Positions 48,317 to 58,312 of a stretch of 64,000 nucleotides of DNA are shown piece by piece; position 1 is the first letter of the stretch, and each line of letters begins with the position of its first letter. The notes under the pieces are model-generated. The model worked only from the letters and a program-made list of their open reading frames with translations. It made no database searches and was not told the DNA's origin. The translations under genes were made by a program, and so were the position numbers. Source of the stretch: an uncultured Gammaproteobacteria bacterium (lineage in GTDB: Bacteria; Pseudomonadota; Gammaproteobacteria; Ga0077536); contig CAXBJY010000012.1 in NCBI GenBank assembly GCA_963976285.1, positions 23,830 to 87,829 of the forward strand, in the 5' to 3' direction.

Positions 48317-50215
48317 TTAAGCACCCGATGCGGTGCCGCCCGAGAGATATTGATCGAACCAGATCTGGAATGACAGGTTCGCGAGGATGAAGTCCGTGCG
48401 GTCCTCGCTTTTGCTCATATGCTCCGCGACCGCCGCGTTCAGGACCTCGGGATTGAACAGGCCCTGGCGCCGGATCCGATCTTCGCTCAGGTAGTCCTGC
48501 ACCATCGTTTTCAGGCCGCCGCGGATCCAGCCCCCGAACGGGGCGCCGAACCCCTTCTTTTTACGCCCGAGAACGTAATCGGGGATGCGGCCGCGCAGGT
48601 ACTGTTTCTGTAAATAACGCAACTGAAAACCGCGCACGCGAAACTTCGGCGGCGTCCGCGCGAGCAGTTCGACGAGACGATGATCGAGGTAGGGTACGCG
48701 CGCTTCCAGTGATTCCGCCATCGTCATCTTGTCCGTCAGCATCAGCAACTGCTCCGGCAACGAGTGCTTCAGATCGAAATACATCACCTTGTCGAGCACA
48801 TGCTCGGCGTCGCTCGCATCGAACTCCGTACCCAGCCACTCGAAGCCGCCACCGGCGCCACCGACGAGGTAGTCGTCGATCCGCTCGTCCGTCAACAACG
48901 ACAGGTAGCCGGTGTAGCGCTCGAGCGGCTCACCACCGGCATTCGACAGATAACTTTTCGCGAGACGGAGGTTGTTCAGCAGTGGATTGTTGCGGTCCGC
49001 CGGAATTCGCTCAGCGAGCGCCGGCAACATACGTTCGCGCACGATGCCCGGGAGAAAATTGTAGTAGCGGTCGAGACTCGAGAACAGGTAACGTCGGTAG
49101 CCGCCGAAGATCTCGTCGCCGCCGACCCCCGACAGGATCACCTTGACCGTTTCGGCCGCCAGCTGCGAGACGAGATACGTGACCACGAACGAGGAATCCG
49201 CGAGCGGTTCGTCGAGCATGCCGACGAGTCGCGGGATCAGCGATTCGACGTCCGGGGTCGCCAGGATCGCGTGATGATCCGTGTTGTAGTCGCGCGCGAA
49301 TACGGCCGCGTCCGCGGATTCGTCGTGCATGCCGAATTCGTTCTCGAACCCGATCGAATACGTCTTGATCGGATCGGCGCCGTTCTCGCGCATCAGGTGC
49401 ACGATGCCGCTCGAATCGAGGCCACCGCTCAGGAATGCGCCGAGCGGTACGTCCGCGATCATCTGCAGTTCGACCGCGTTCGACAGCAGTTCATCGAGTC
49501 GTTCGAGCAGCGCCGTTTCGCCGAGACGTAGTTTATCGGCGAATGAAACCTGCCAGTAGCGTTCGATCCGGACGTCATTGCCGTTCAGTTCCATCCGGTG
49601 TGCCGGCGGCAGTTTCGAGATCCCGGTAAACAGCGTGCGCGGCGCCGGGGTGAAGCCGTATTTGAAATACGCGGGCAGCGACGCCGTGTCGAGCGCGGCG
49701 TGCACCCCGGGATATTTCAGGATCGCCTTGATCTCGGACGCGAACACGATCTTGTCCGCATCGCGGTAGTAATAAAGCGGCTTGATCCCGATCCGGTCGC
49801 GGACGATATGCAACCGGTTCGTCGACTTGTCGTGGATCGCGAAACCAAACATGCCATTCAGGCGTTCGAGCGATTCGATGCCGAACTCGTTATAAAGGCC
49901 GAGCGTGACTTCCGTATCGGAGACGGTTGTGCGTACGTAGCCGCGCGCATCCAGTGTGCGTGCCTGCTCGCGGTAGTTGTAGACTTCGCCGTTGAAAACG
50001 ATCGCTTTCGATTTGTCCGCGCTGAAAATCGGCTGATGGCCGCCCGCCAAATCGATAATACTGAGCCGGCGCATCGCGAGGCCGACATTGCCGCAAACGT
50101 AATAGCCGGCATCGTCCGGCCCGCGGTGCACGATCGCATCCGCCATGGCAACGAGATCCTGCTCGCGCACCGTAAAGTTACGATCGAAATGATAAACGCC
50201 GACGATGCCGCACAT
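48317..50215 (-). CDS. asnB: Asparagine-synthase-like glutamine amidotransferase (polysaccharide-associated)
   Basis: MCGIVG N-terminal nucleophile, HRGPD, RRLSIID, FNGEVYNY, FLSGGLDSS, SGVGGDEIFGGY, LEARVPYLD. Confidence 0.9.
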   Translation of the reverse strand: MCGIVGVYHFDRNFTVREQDLVAMADAIVHRGPDDAGYYVCGNVGLAMRRLSIIDLAGGHQPIFSADKSKAIVFNGEVYNYREQARTLDARGYVRTTVSDTEVTLGLYNEFGIESLERLNGMFGFAIHDKSTNRLHIVRDRIGIKPLYYYRDADKIVFASEIKAILKYPGVHAALDTASLPAYFKYGFTPAPRTLFTGISKLPPAHRMELNGNDVRIERYWQVSFADKLRLGETALLERLDELLSNAVELQMIADVPLGAFLSGGLDSSGIVHLMRENGADPIKTYSIGFENEFGMHDESADAAVFARDYNTDHHAILATPDVESLIPRLVGMLDEPLADSSFVVTYLVSQLAAETVKVILSGVGGDEIFGGYRRYLFSSLDRYYNFLPGIVRERMLPALAERIPADRNNPLLNNLRLAKSYLSNAGGEPLERYTGYLSLLTDERIDDYLVGGAGGGFEWLGTEFDASDAEHVLDKVMYFDLKHSLPEQLLMLTDKMTMAESLEARVPYLDHRLVELLARTPPKFRVRGFQLRYLQKQYLRGRIPDYVLGRKKKGFGAPFGGWIRGGLKTMVQDYLSEDRIRRQGLFNPEVLNAAVAEHMSKSEDRTDFILANLSFQIWFDQYLSGGTASGA

Positions 50216-50236
50216 GTTTTCGCTGCCCTGCTGCGC

Positions 50237-51409
50237 TCAGGACCGTACGTGTTGCCACGTCACGTAACGGTTACCGCGCGCGTAGTCGATAATGCCGAGC
50301 AGTGCCGCCAGGTTCGACAGGTAGAAATAATACGGGATGCCGCAATACGCCGGCACTTCGGGACCGGCGATCGAGCGCCGCCAGCCTGTGAGCGCGAGGA
50401 TGATCGACAACACGATCAAGCCGCACGTCAGCACATAGATCCCGGGCCCGCCGAGCAGAAGCACGGCCACATTGCACGCGAGCGCAATCATGGCCCACAG
50501 CAGGGTAAACCAGCGTACGAGCTTGTGGGCGACGAGCATAACAGTGTAGCGCGGATTCGCCCTGTACAGGCGCCCGATCCCGTAACGCAACAACGCTCCC
50601 CACGTGCGGCACACGATGCGCCGTTTACGGCGAAACTCCTTGGCGAAATCGTTCGCGGGATCCTCGAACGCGCGGGCATTCGCACTGAAAACGCCGCGAT
50701 AGCCCGCGCCGATGATATGCAGCGGGTTCATGAAGTCGTTGATGTCCTCGGCCGCCAGCGGTTCGTAGTGACGCCGCCAAATACCGTAGATCGCGCCGTC
50801 CCCGCCGATGACGGATTCGAACGTGGACTCGAGCCGCTTGATCGCGAGTTCGTACTTCCAGTACAGCCCCTCGTTGCCACCCGCCGTGGAACCCGGTTCA
50901 CTCGTATACAGGGCCGAGCCGACGACATAGCCGACGTTCTCGCCACCGAGTTCGCGCGCGATTTCGCGGACGGCATCGGCGGCGAAAATGGCATTTGCGT
51001 CCGTAAAGATCACGACATCGCTCGTGATTGTCTCCATCGCGATGTTCAGACCGGCAGTCTTGCCGCGGTGTTCGGTGATCTCGACGAGCCGCACGCGTGG
51101 ATCTTCGGCCGCGAGCCGGCCCACGATCGCATTCGTCTCGTCCGTGCTGGCATCGGACACGATCACAACCGCGAGACTCTCAGCCGGATAGTCCAGTGCC
51201 AGGGTCGTGCGGATCTTCGTTTCGATCACCGCTTCTTCATTATGGGCCGAGACCACGACGGTGACGGACGGCCACGTTGCCGGCTCCGGGGTCGGCGCGG
51301 CTTTTCGTTTCAGGGCAACCGCAACGTACAACAGCGCCGGGTAGATGACATAGGGCAGAACCGTGAGTACGGACGCGGTCCAGAACAGGCATTCAAACAC
51401 CGTGATCAT
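50237..51409 (-). CDS. GT2 glycosyltransferase with TM helices
   Basis: SAHNEE, VSDASTD, GKTAGLN, FTDAN, GDGAIY, EDIND, RKRR. Confidence 0.88.
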   Translation of the reverse strand: MITVFECLFWTASVLTVLPYVIYPALLYVAVALKRKAAPTPEPATWPSVTVVVSAHNEEAVIETKIRTTLALDYPAESLAVVIVSDASTDETNAIVGRLAAEDPRVRLVEITEHRGKTAGLNIAMETITSDVVIFTDANAIFAADAVREIARELGGENVGYVVGSALYTSEPGSTAGGNEGLYWKYELAIKRLESTFESVIGGDGAIYGIWRRHYEPLAAEDINDFMNPLHIIGAGYRGVFSANARAFEDPANDFAKEFRRKRRIVCRTWGALLRYGIGRLYRANPRYTVMLVAHKLVRWFTLLWAMIALACNVAVLLLGGPGIYVLTCGLIVLSIILALTGWRRSIAGPEVPAYCGIPYYFYLSNLAALLGIIDYARGNRYVTWQHVRS

Positions 51410-51442
51410 GCGCGCGGCAGCCGGGCCGTTACAGCCATGACG

Positions 51443-52675
51443 TTACGTACGATGCCCATCGTGGCGCTCCGATTCGGCGGTTTCACGACAGATCTCGCCG
51501 AAGCGCGCGGCTACCGTGGCCCAGCCGAAATGCTCCACGACGAGCTCGCGCGCGGCTTCACCGATCGCATCTCGCCGCGCCGGGTCCCGCAGCAGTTCGC
51601 TCATCGCCGTGGCAAACTGCGCCGGATCGTCGACGAGCCGGATGTTCACGTTGTCGGTAACATCGAGACCTTCGGCGCCGACGGTCGTCGATATGACGGC
51701 CTTGCCCATCGCCATCGCCTCGTAGATCTTCATCCGCGTGCCGCCACCGATCCGCAACGGGACGATGCACACGGCCGCCTCGCGCAGGTAAGGTCTGACA
51801 TCGTCGACCCAGCCCGTGAGCTCGACGTTGCCCAGTCTTGCGGCGTCGGCTTTCATCGCCTCGGACGGGTTGCGCCCGACCACGACGAGTTCCCAGTCGT
51901 CCTCCAGCGCCGACAGCGCCGGGGCAATTTCCGCGAGGAAGTACTTGATCCCGTCTTCATTCGGCAACCAGTCCATCGACCCGCAGAACACGATCCGGTT
52001 CGGCTTGATCGCGGCGCTCGTCCCCGGCTCGTAGAAGTCGACGTCAACCCCGGTCGGTATGCTGACGGCATTCCTGGCGCCGTATTCGGCGGCGAATATA
52101 TCGGCATCGTTATCCGATACCGCGATCACCTTGTCGAACGCGCGCACGGATTCGGCCTCGAACGCGAACATCCGGCGATGCTGGCCCGACCACAGCGTAC
52201 GCGTAAAAACGTTCGTGGCCGCATCGAGATGACGTAACGCGATCTTCGCTTCAACATTGTGCTGAAACAGCAGGGTCGGGATGCCGGTGACGTGTTTGAA
52301 CATGAGTGCCGATTGCACGAAATCGCAGATGGCCAAATCGAAAGACTCCCCGGCGAGCGTGTCGAGGAGCGCGCGCTCGAGTTCACGGGAGTAATCGTTC
52401 AACGCGGTCACCGGGTATCGTGACAGCAGGTTTTTCGCCAGCCGCCAGTAAAACGCGACACTGCCGCGAGCCGGCTCTTTCCACGCCACGGGCACGTAGC
52501 GTCGGCAGAAGCGCTGCATTTCCTCGAGCCGCGGCCCGTCCGCGACCGGGTCGTAGTTGCCGACGATCACGATCTCGTGTTCGCGGCTCAACTGCTCGAG
52601 GATTTTTCCCGTGCGGATCTTGCCGCCCGTATCCATCGGCAGCAGGAAGCGCTGGGAAAGGAAGAGAATACGCAC
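51443..52675 (-). CDS. GT4 glycosyltransferase
   Basis: DTGGKIR, FQHNVE, IPTGVD, GSMDWLPNEDG, GGGTRMKIYEAMA, GAEGL. Confidence 0.88.
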   Translation of the reverse strand: MRILFLSQRFLLPMDTGGKIRTGKILEQLSREHEIVIVGNYDPVADGPRLEEMQRFCRRYVPVAWKEPARGSVAFYWRLAKNLLSRYPVTALNDYSRELERALLDTLAGESFDLAICDFVQSALMFKHVTGIPTLLFQHNVEAKIALRHLDAATNVFTRTLWSGQHRRMFAFEAESVRAFDKVIAVSDNDADIFAAEYGARNAVSIPTGVDVDFYEPGTSAAIKPNRIVFCGSMDWLPNEDGIKYFLAEIAPALSALEDDWELVVVGRNPSEAMKADAARLGNVELTGWVDDVRPYLREAAVCIVPLRIGGGTRMKIYEAMAMGKAVISTTVGAEGLDVTDNVNIRLVDDPAQFATAMSELLRDPARRDAIGEAARELVVEHFGWATVAARFGEICRETAESERHDGHRT

Positions 52676-52689
52676 GGAACGTTCGATCG

Positions 52690-54015
52690 CTACCAGGCCA
52701 GGCCCTCGTAAGCGTAACCGCCGCGCAGGTCGTCCGCGATGCGGGCGAGGTCGACGACCGTCTTGTCCGCGGCAAGTTTCGCCAGGTGCGGACCGTAGGC
52801 GTCTTCGTAATTACACACGACGATGACCTCCCCGAACGCGACGACGCTTTCGAGGTCGTCGGAAATTACGCTGTCGATATGCGGCAGATGTTCCTTGATA
52901 TAGGCCGCGTTCGCGCCGATCAGGCGCGAAACCGACACGTTCGTGTCGAACACCTGCAGTTCGAAACCCTTGCCGATCAACTCCTCGGCCAGCGTGACAA
53001 ACGGCGATTCACGCAGGTCGTCGGTATCTTTCTTGAACGACAGCCCGAGCAGGCTCACCTTGCGTTTGCCGAGGTCGCGTACGCGCTGGGCGGTCCGTTC
53101 GATCAGCAGGCGGTTGCTCGGCAGCATGCTGTCGAGCAGCGGCAACTGGATATCCTCGTGGCGCGCGATGTAATTCAACGCGCGCAGGTCCTTCGGCAGG
53201 CACGAGCCGCCGAACGCGAACCCCGGGGTCAGGTATTTGCGCGAGATATTCAGCTTGTCGTCCATACACACGACGTTCATGACGTCATGGCTGTCGATCG
53301 ACAACGACTTGCACAGCGAGCCGATTTCGTTCGCAAATGTCACTTTCAGCGCATGGAACGCATTGTTCACGTATTTGATCATTTCGGCGGCGCGCAGGTC
53401 GAGATGCACGACCGCGGCATCGATGAAGCCGTACAGGGATTCGATGATTTCGCCGGCTTTCTGATCCGATTCGCCGATGATCGTTACCGGCGGGTTCTCA
53501 AAATCGTCGATCGAACTGCCTTCGCGCAGAAACTCCGGATTCATACAAAAACCGAGGCGCCCCGCCGCCACGGCATCGGGAATGGCTGCGCCCGACCCGA
53601 TCAGGCTGTCGGTCGTGCCGGGCGGCACCGTGCTGCGCACGACCACGACGTGGTAATCATCCTTCGCGGCGAGCATCTCGGCGATCGACTGAACGCAGCG
53701 CCGGACTCCGTCGAGGTTCACGTTCCCGGAGGCATCACTCGGTGTGCCGACGCAAATCATCGTGATATCGGAGTTCGCGATCGCCTCGGCGGCGTCGTTC
53801 GTCGCGCGGAATCCGCCGGCGGACTGACGCGCCGGGTTCGTGACCTCGGCGATAAGCTCCGGGAGCCCCGGTTCGACGATTGGGCATTCGCCATCGTTGA
53901 TCAGTTTCACTTTCACCGGGTTCACGTCCACGCCAATCACATCGTGCCCGTGCTTCGCGAGGCAGGCCCCGCTTACGCAGCCGACATAGCCCAATCCGAA
54001 TACCGAAACTTTCAT
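52690..54015 (-). CDS. NDP-sugar 6-dehydrogenase, GDP-mannose dehydrogenase (AlgD)-like
   Basis: FGLGYVGCVSGACLA, CVGTPS, NPEFLREG, KYVNNAFHALK, PGFAFGGSCLPKD; substrate not provable from sequence alone. Confidence 0.85.
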   Translation of the reverse strand: MKVSVFGLGYVGCVSGACLAKHGHDVIGVDVNPVKVKLINDGECPIVEPGLPELIAEVTNPARQSAGGFRATNDAAEAIANSDITMICVGTPSDASGNVNLDGVRRCVQSIAEMLAAKDDYHVVVVRSTVPPGTTDSLIGSGAAIPDAVAAGRLGFCMNPEFLREGSSIDDFENPPVTIIGESDQKAGEIIESLYGFIDAAVVHLDLRAAEMIKYVNNAFHALKVTFANEIGSLCKSLSIDSHDVMNVVCMDDKLNISRKYLTPGFAFGGSCLPKDLRALNYIARHEDIQLPLLDSMLPSNRLLIERTAQRVRDLGKRKVSLLGLSFKKDTDDLRESPFVTLAEELIGKGFELQVFDTNVSVSRLIGANAAYIKEHLPHIDSVISDDLESVVAFGEVIVVCNYEDAYGPHLAKLAADKTVVDLARIADDLRGGYAYEGLAW

Positions 54016-54197
54016 GAATTTCCTTCGTCACTAAACAATCAAAAACGCCGGCATGATGCGCAATGGAAGATGAGAATTCCATTGATGCAACAATTGTTTT
54101 GGCCGTTTTCCTCGCGCGAGTCTACAACAACGCCGACTGGCCCACAGTTTGTATCGGCAGCGTCGCCGCAGTCCTTATCGGCGACCCGGGGGGGCGC

Positions 54198-54959
54198 TCA
54201 GGGTGTGCCTCCCGCGGCGCGCGGATCTTCGCTGCCGATGCGTACGTCGTCGAACAGGATCGAGCGTGGTTCGCGCGGATGATAGGAGCCGATTTTCAGG
54301 TAGACACCGCGCAGGTCGTTGTACGTATTCGGCCCGTCGCGATCGACGATCAACTCGCCGTCACGCCAAATCTGCATAATCCCGTCGTCTTCGTACGACC
54401 AGCGGGCGCGCACCGTCCATTCGACCCAGCGGCCGGTAATCACGGGCCCGTACCACAGTGTGTAGCGCGCGAGCGACTTTTTCGTGCTGCGGAAGTTCTT
54501 GTCCCAACCGAATGAAATGCGGAAATAGCCGTCGATCACGCGCAGCGCGAGCGGTGGCCCGCGACCCCGGGTGTCACCGACGAACTTGTCACGGGTGGAG
54601 TGCCATTGCGCCAGCACCTCGTTGCCCTCGGACCGTTTCCACGGCTCACCGAGAAACACGCGGAACGAATACCAGCGGTCGGTGCCGAACGGCTCGCGCT
54701 TCAGATCACCGAGAAACCCCGAGAACACCCGCGGCACGATTTCGCATCGCGCACCATTATCGGCCTGGAACCGTGCCGCCGGATTACCGTCCGGCGCCGC
54801 CGTGATATCGATCGTACAGTCGCCCTTCGCATCAACCTGCCAGCGCTCCAGATCGAGCGTAGGAGCAGCAAAATCGTCATGGAACTCCCCGGCTTGCGCC
54901 ATCAGGACGGGCAGGAATTGACACAGGCAGACAACCAGGGTGCGGGCAAAATAATTCAT
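54198..54959 (-). CDS. Secreted polysaccharide-lyase-like protein (jelly-roll, heparin lyase I / Polysacc_lyase-like)
   Basis: Signal peptide, RCEI, WYSFRVFL, LAQWH, PPLAL, GRWVEW, YLKIGSY. Confidence 0.7.
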   Translation of the reverse strand: MNYFARTLVVCLCQFLPVLMAQAGEFHDDFAAPTLDLERWQVDAKGDCTIDITAAPDGNPAARFQADNGARCEIVPRVFSGFLGDLKREPFGTDRWYSFRVFLGEPWKRSEGNEVLAQWHSTRDKFVGDTRGRGPPLALRVIDGYFRISFGWDKNFRSTKKSLARYTLWYGPVITGRWVEWTVRARWSYEDDGIMQIWRDGELIVDRDGPNTYNDLRGVYLKIGSYHPREPRSILFDDVRIGSEDPRAAGGTP

Positions 54960-56305
54960 GAATTCACAACTTCATCAAGCACCCCGGCGAGTTGCCGGGT
55001 GAGGGCAGCGTAACCGAACGCCGCGATCGTTTCGGTGGCCGGCGGAACAATCGACAATCGTCCGTCCACGAGCGCGGTGATCGCGGCGCACAGATCCTCG
55101 TGATTATCGGCACACACGTGACCGAGCTTGTGCTCGCGCACGAGCGACGCCGTCGCGCCCTCCCCGCCAACGAGAAACAGCGGACGACCGGTGGCGACAT
55201 ACTCGTAGATCTTGCCCGGGATCTGCAACGGAAAATCCTGCTGCAGGACGAGCAGGTGCTGCGCGGATCGGATCCGTTCGAGGTAGGCCGTGTGACTGAC
55301 CGCGGCCTGTCGCCGGATCAGATCGCGGGCTTCGAGGCGCTCGGCGAGCGCGTTGCAGGCGGGATCGGATACGCCCCAGTTGCCGGTAAACGTAATGCGG
55401 AACTCCCCGGGCTGAATGCGCCCGCTGTCCGCGAGTGATGCGACCGCCTCGAGCAGGACCGTGGGTTTCCGCAATTCATACACCGACCCGTAGTATTCCA
55501 GTTCGATGCCCGAAGTTTGTACCTCCGGCGCGTGCTCGTTCATACCGGGAACGAGCAGGCTTTCGTGGTATCCATTCGTGATCGTTACGATTTTGTCCGC
55601 ACTCGCGGGATACTGCGCCGCGAACGCGTCGTGCAGTGCCGGGGTATTCGCAATAACCCGGTCGGCGCGGGTGAGGATCCGCCGCTCACAGGCGGCGGCG
55701 GCCGCGACGAGTTCCGGCAGCGGCGGTTTCGGATTCTGCGTCCACGGATCACGAAAGTCCGCGACAAACGGCACTCCGAGCATTTTCGCGACGTCGAGAC
55801 CGGCGACGAGCGAAGACCATGGATTGCCCGTCGCGAACACCACATCCGGGCGTTCGTCAGGCGCAAGCGCGCGTGCGGCGCGGCGCACCGCCGCGATCCA
55901 GCGGTTCTGGCGATCGGGGAACAACAGCAGGCGGTTCACGATGCGGTCACGCAGCTGCCGGATCGAGCCGCCGTGGGCACCGGCATCCGGCTCCCCCGCC
56001 TCGCCCGTTGATGTTGCCTGCACCGGCGCCGCCGTGTTGCCACGTACCCGCGCGCGCAGGTCCAGCAGGCTCTGCATCCAATCGGCGTGTGGGATCCGAT
56101 CGATTCGCAGGTCGTCCGGTACGAGTCGCATCAGCGACGGATCGACGGGGATCGTGCCGCCTTCGGCCGGCGGTATCGCATTGGAAATGACGTGGGCCTC
56201 GTAGCCGTATTCGTGCAAATGGGAGCAAAACCCCGCGGGTCGCATCGAACCGCTCACCGCCATCGGCGGAAAGTAATAGGCGAGGATTAAAACGCGTTTC
56301 GTCAC
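54956..56305 (-). CDS. GT4 glycosyltransferase
   Basis: YYFPPMAVSGSMR, ATGNPWS, DFRDPW, ITNGY, PGKIYEY. Confidence 0.85.
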   Translation of the reverse strand: MTKRVLILAYYFPPMAVSGSMRPAGFCSHLHEYGYEAHVISNAIPPAEGGTIPVDPSLMRLVPDDLRIDRIPHADWMQSLLDLRARVRGNTAAPVQATSTGEAGEPDAGAHGGSIRQLRDRIVNRLLLFPDRQNRWIAAVRRAARALAPDERPDVVFATGNPWSSLVAGLDVAKMLGVPFVADFRDPWTQNPKPPLPELVAAAAACERRILTRADRVIANTPALHDAFAAQYPASADKIVTITNGYHESLLVPGMNEHAPEVQTSGIELEYYGSVYELRKPTVLLEAVASLADSGRIQPGEFRITFTGNWGVSDPACNALAERLEARDLIRRQAAVSHTAYLERIRSAQHLLVLQQDFPLQIPGKIYEYVATGRPLFLVGGEGATASLVREHKLGHVCADNHEDLCAAITALVDGRLSIVPPATETIAAFGYAALTRQLAGVLDEVVNS

Positions 56306-56575
56306 AAACCCACGCCCAACCTAAAAAATTCGCAAAATTCCGTAATCATTCCGTTATCACAATGCCGGTTTGGTATCCTGTCGCTCGTGGCTTCGATGCC
56401 TCGCGTCGCTCGCATGCGCTTATAAAATGCGGGGTTCCTGCCGATACCACACGTGCACGGGTCACGTGCCGGGTAAGCTTCGGTCCCGCGGGTTACCCAA
56501 CCGGATTGAGCGACCAATCCGGACGAAACATTAACCATTGTGATAATCCACTGATGAGTAAGGACACAAAGCAAC

Positions 56576-58312
56576 ATGACGGCTGAGGCCGCTTCGCAAC
56601 GTTCGGGCCCGGTGCTCGTACTCGGACGCGATATTCGCGCGTTTCTGTCGGTCATCCGCTCCCTCGGGCGCGCATCGCTCGATGTCCACGTCGGCATGTG
56701 CCCGAGCGACGATCTGGCGCTTAAGTCGCGTTACATCAAACACGTACATGACATTCCCAATTACGATGACGCGCCCGAAGCGTGGCTCGACACGGTGCTC
56801 GGGCTTGCCCGCCGGTATCGATTCGACCTGATCATTCCAACCCACGACGAATCGGCCATCCCGGTCCAGATCCACCAGGATCGCCTGCGCGAGGAAGCCC
56901 GGATCTATGCCCTCGAGGCGGAAGTGTTCGACGTCGCCTTCGACAAGATCAAATCGTCACTCCTCGTCGAATCACTCGGCATCAGGATTGCCCGGCAAAT
57001 CTCCGTTGAACTGTCATCACTCGAGGCCGGTTTACCGGACGGGTTTGATTTTCCTGTCGTCATTAAACCATCGTCATCGTACGTGAGTGAAGACCTCGCG
57101 AATCGCCGTGAGGTTGTCGTCGCGTCCAATGCCGCGCAACTTCACGATATTTTACCGAAGCTCAAGGGCTGGGACGTTGCGTTACTGCAGGAACATTTCA
57201 CCGGTGTCGGCGCCGGGGTTGAAGTACTCGTCGAGGATGGCCGCATTTTGTACGCGTTCCAGCACGTCCGCGTGCATGAACCGCGCGGTGGCGGCGCGAG
57301 TTCGTATCGCAAGAGCGTCTACCCGATCGACCCCGCGCTGTATGCCGCGACCGAAAAGCTCATGGCGAAAATTCGCTACACCGGGGTCGCGATGGTCGAG
57401 TACAAGATCAACCCGGTTACCGGCGACTGGATATTCATTGAGATCAACGGTCGCTTCTGGGGTTCTTTGCCGCTTGCGATCGCGAGCGGCGCCGATTTCC
57501 CCCGCATGCTTTACGAACTGCTCGTGGATGGCCACGTCAACCTGCCGCCACCGCCGCGCGGCGAGGTGTATTGCCGCAATATCAAGCGCGATTTGTACTG
57601 GGCCATCGACAATTTGAAGGATCGACTGTCGGATCGACCGTCGAAGTTTTCGATCCCGCTACCACAGGTATTGCGTGAATACTGGCGCCTCATCACCTGC
57701 CGCGAACATGTCGACAGCTTTGCCATCGACGATCCGTCGCCGGCGCTGCGGGAGTTTGGCAGCGTTATCGCGATGATGGTGGCCAAGGCGGTTTCCGTGA
57801 CGCACCGGCGGGTCCGCTCGTTCGCGCCCGTCCACGCGTTACGTCGCCGCCGGATCCGACGGCGCACGCTCGCAGCCGGCAAGGTCATGTTTTTGTGCTC
57901 CGGTAATATTTGCCGCAGCCCGTTTGCGGCGGCTTACGCGCGGGAAATTTTTGGTCCCGGGGTGGACATACGATCGTCGGGTTTCCACGATATCGTGCGC
58001 CGCCACGCACCGACGCAGGCGGTGCAGTCAGCGCGTGAACTCGGCGTCGATCTCGCCGACCATGAATCCCACCGGATCGACGCGGCAACGCTCGACGAAT
58101 TCGATGTCGTGTTCGTGTTCGAGGAAAAACACATGCACGCACTGCGGGCCGAATTCCCGCAGTACCGCGGCGATGTGTTCTATCTCGGCGACGTGCTGAT
58201 CGGGAGCGATTTCGAGATCGCCGATCCGTACGGCGGCGGGAGTGAACGTTTTCGCGCTGCGTACCTGTCCATTGTTTACGCTATCGACTTCCTCGATTCG
58301 CGCTATGAATGA
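56576..58312 (+). CDS. ATP-grasp ligase fused to a C-terminal low-molecular-weight phosphatase domain
   Basis: ATP-grasp: FDKIK, PVVIKP, LLQEH, AMVEYK, FIEINGRFWGSL. LMW-PTP: FLCSGNICRSPFA (CX5R) and IADPYGG. Confidence 0.85.
   Translation: MTAEAASQRSGPVLVLGRDIRAFLSVIRSLGRASLDVHVGMCPSDDLALKSRYIKHVHDIPNYDDAPEAWLDTVLGLARRYRFDLIIPTHDESAIPVQIHQDRLREEARIYALEAEVFDVAFDKIKSSLLVESLGIRIARQISVELSSLEAGLPDGFDFPVVIKPSSSYVSEDLANRREVVVASNAAQLHDILPKLKGWDVALLQEHFTGVGAGVEVLVEDGRILYAFQHVRVHEPRGGGASSYRKSVYPIDPALYAATEKLMAKIRYTGVAMVEYKINPVTGDWIFIEINGRFWGSLPLAIASGADFPRMLYELLVDGHVNLPPPPRGEVYCRNIKRDLYWAIDNLKDRLSDRPSKFSIPLPQVLREYWRLITCREHVDSFAIDDPSPALREFGSVIAMMVAKAVSVTHRRVRSFAPVHALRRRRIRRRTLAAGKVMFLCSGNICRSPFAAAYAREIFGPGVDIRSSGFHDIVRRHAPTQAVQSARELGVDLADHESHRIDAATLDEFDVVFVFEEKHMHALRAEFPQYRGDVFYLGDVLIGSDFEIADPYGGGSERFRAAYLSIVYAIDFLDSRYE

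Noticed and set aside
49598-52237. 879-aa plus-strand ORF, and similar long opposite-strand ORFs (4862-6130, 18174-19925, 20806-22809, 52306-54282)
   Set aside because: They are antisense shadows of well-supported genes in GC-rich DNA, with Arg/Ala-rich composition and no recognisable motifs.
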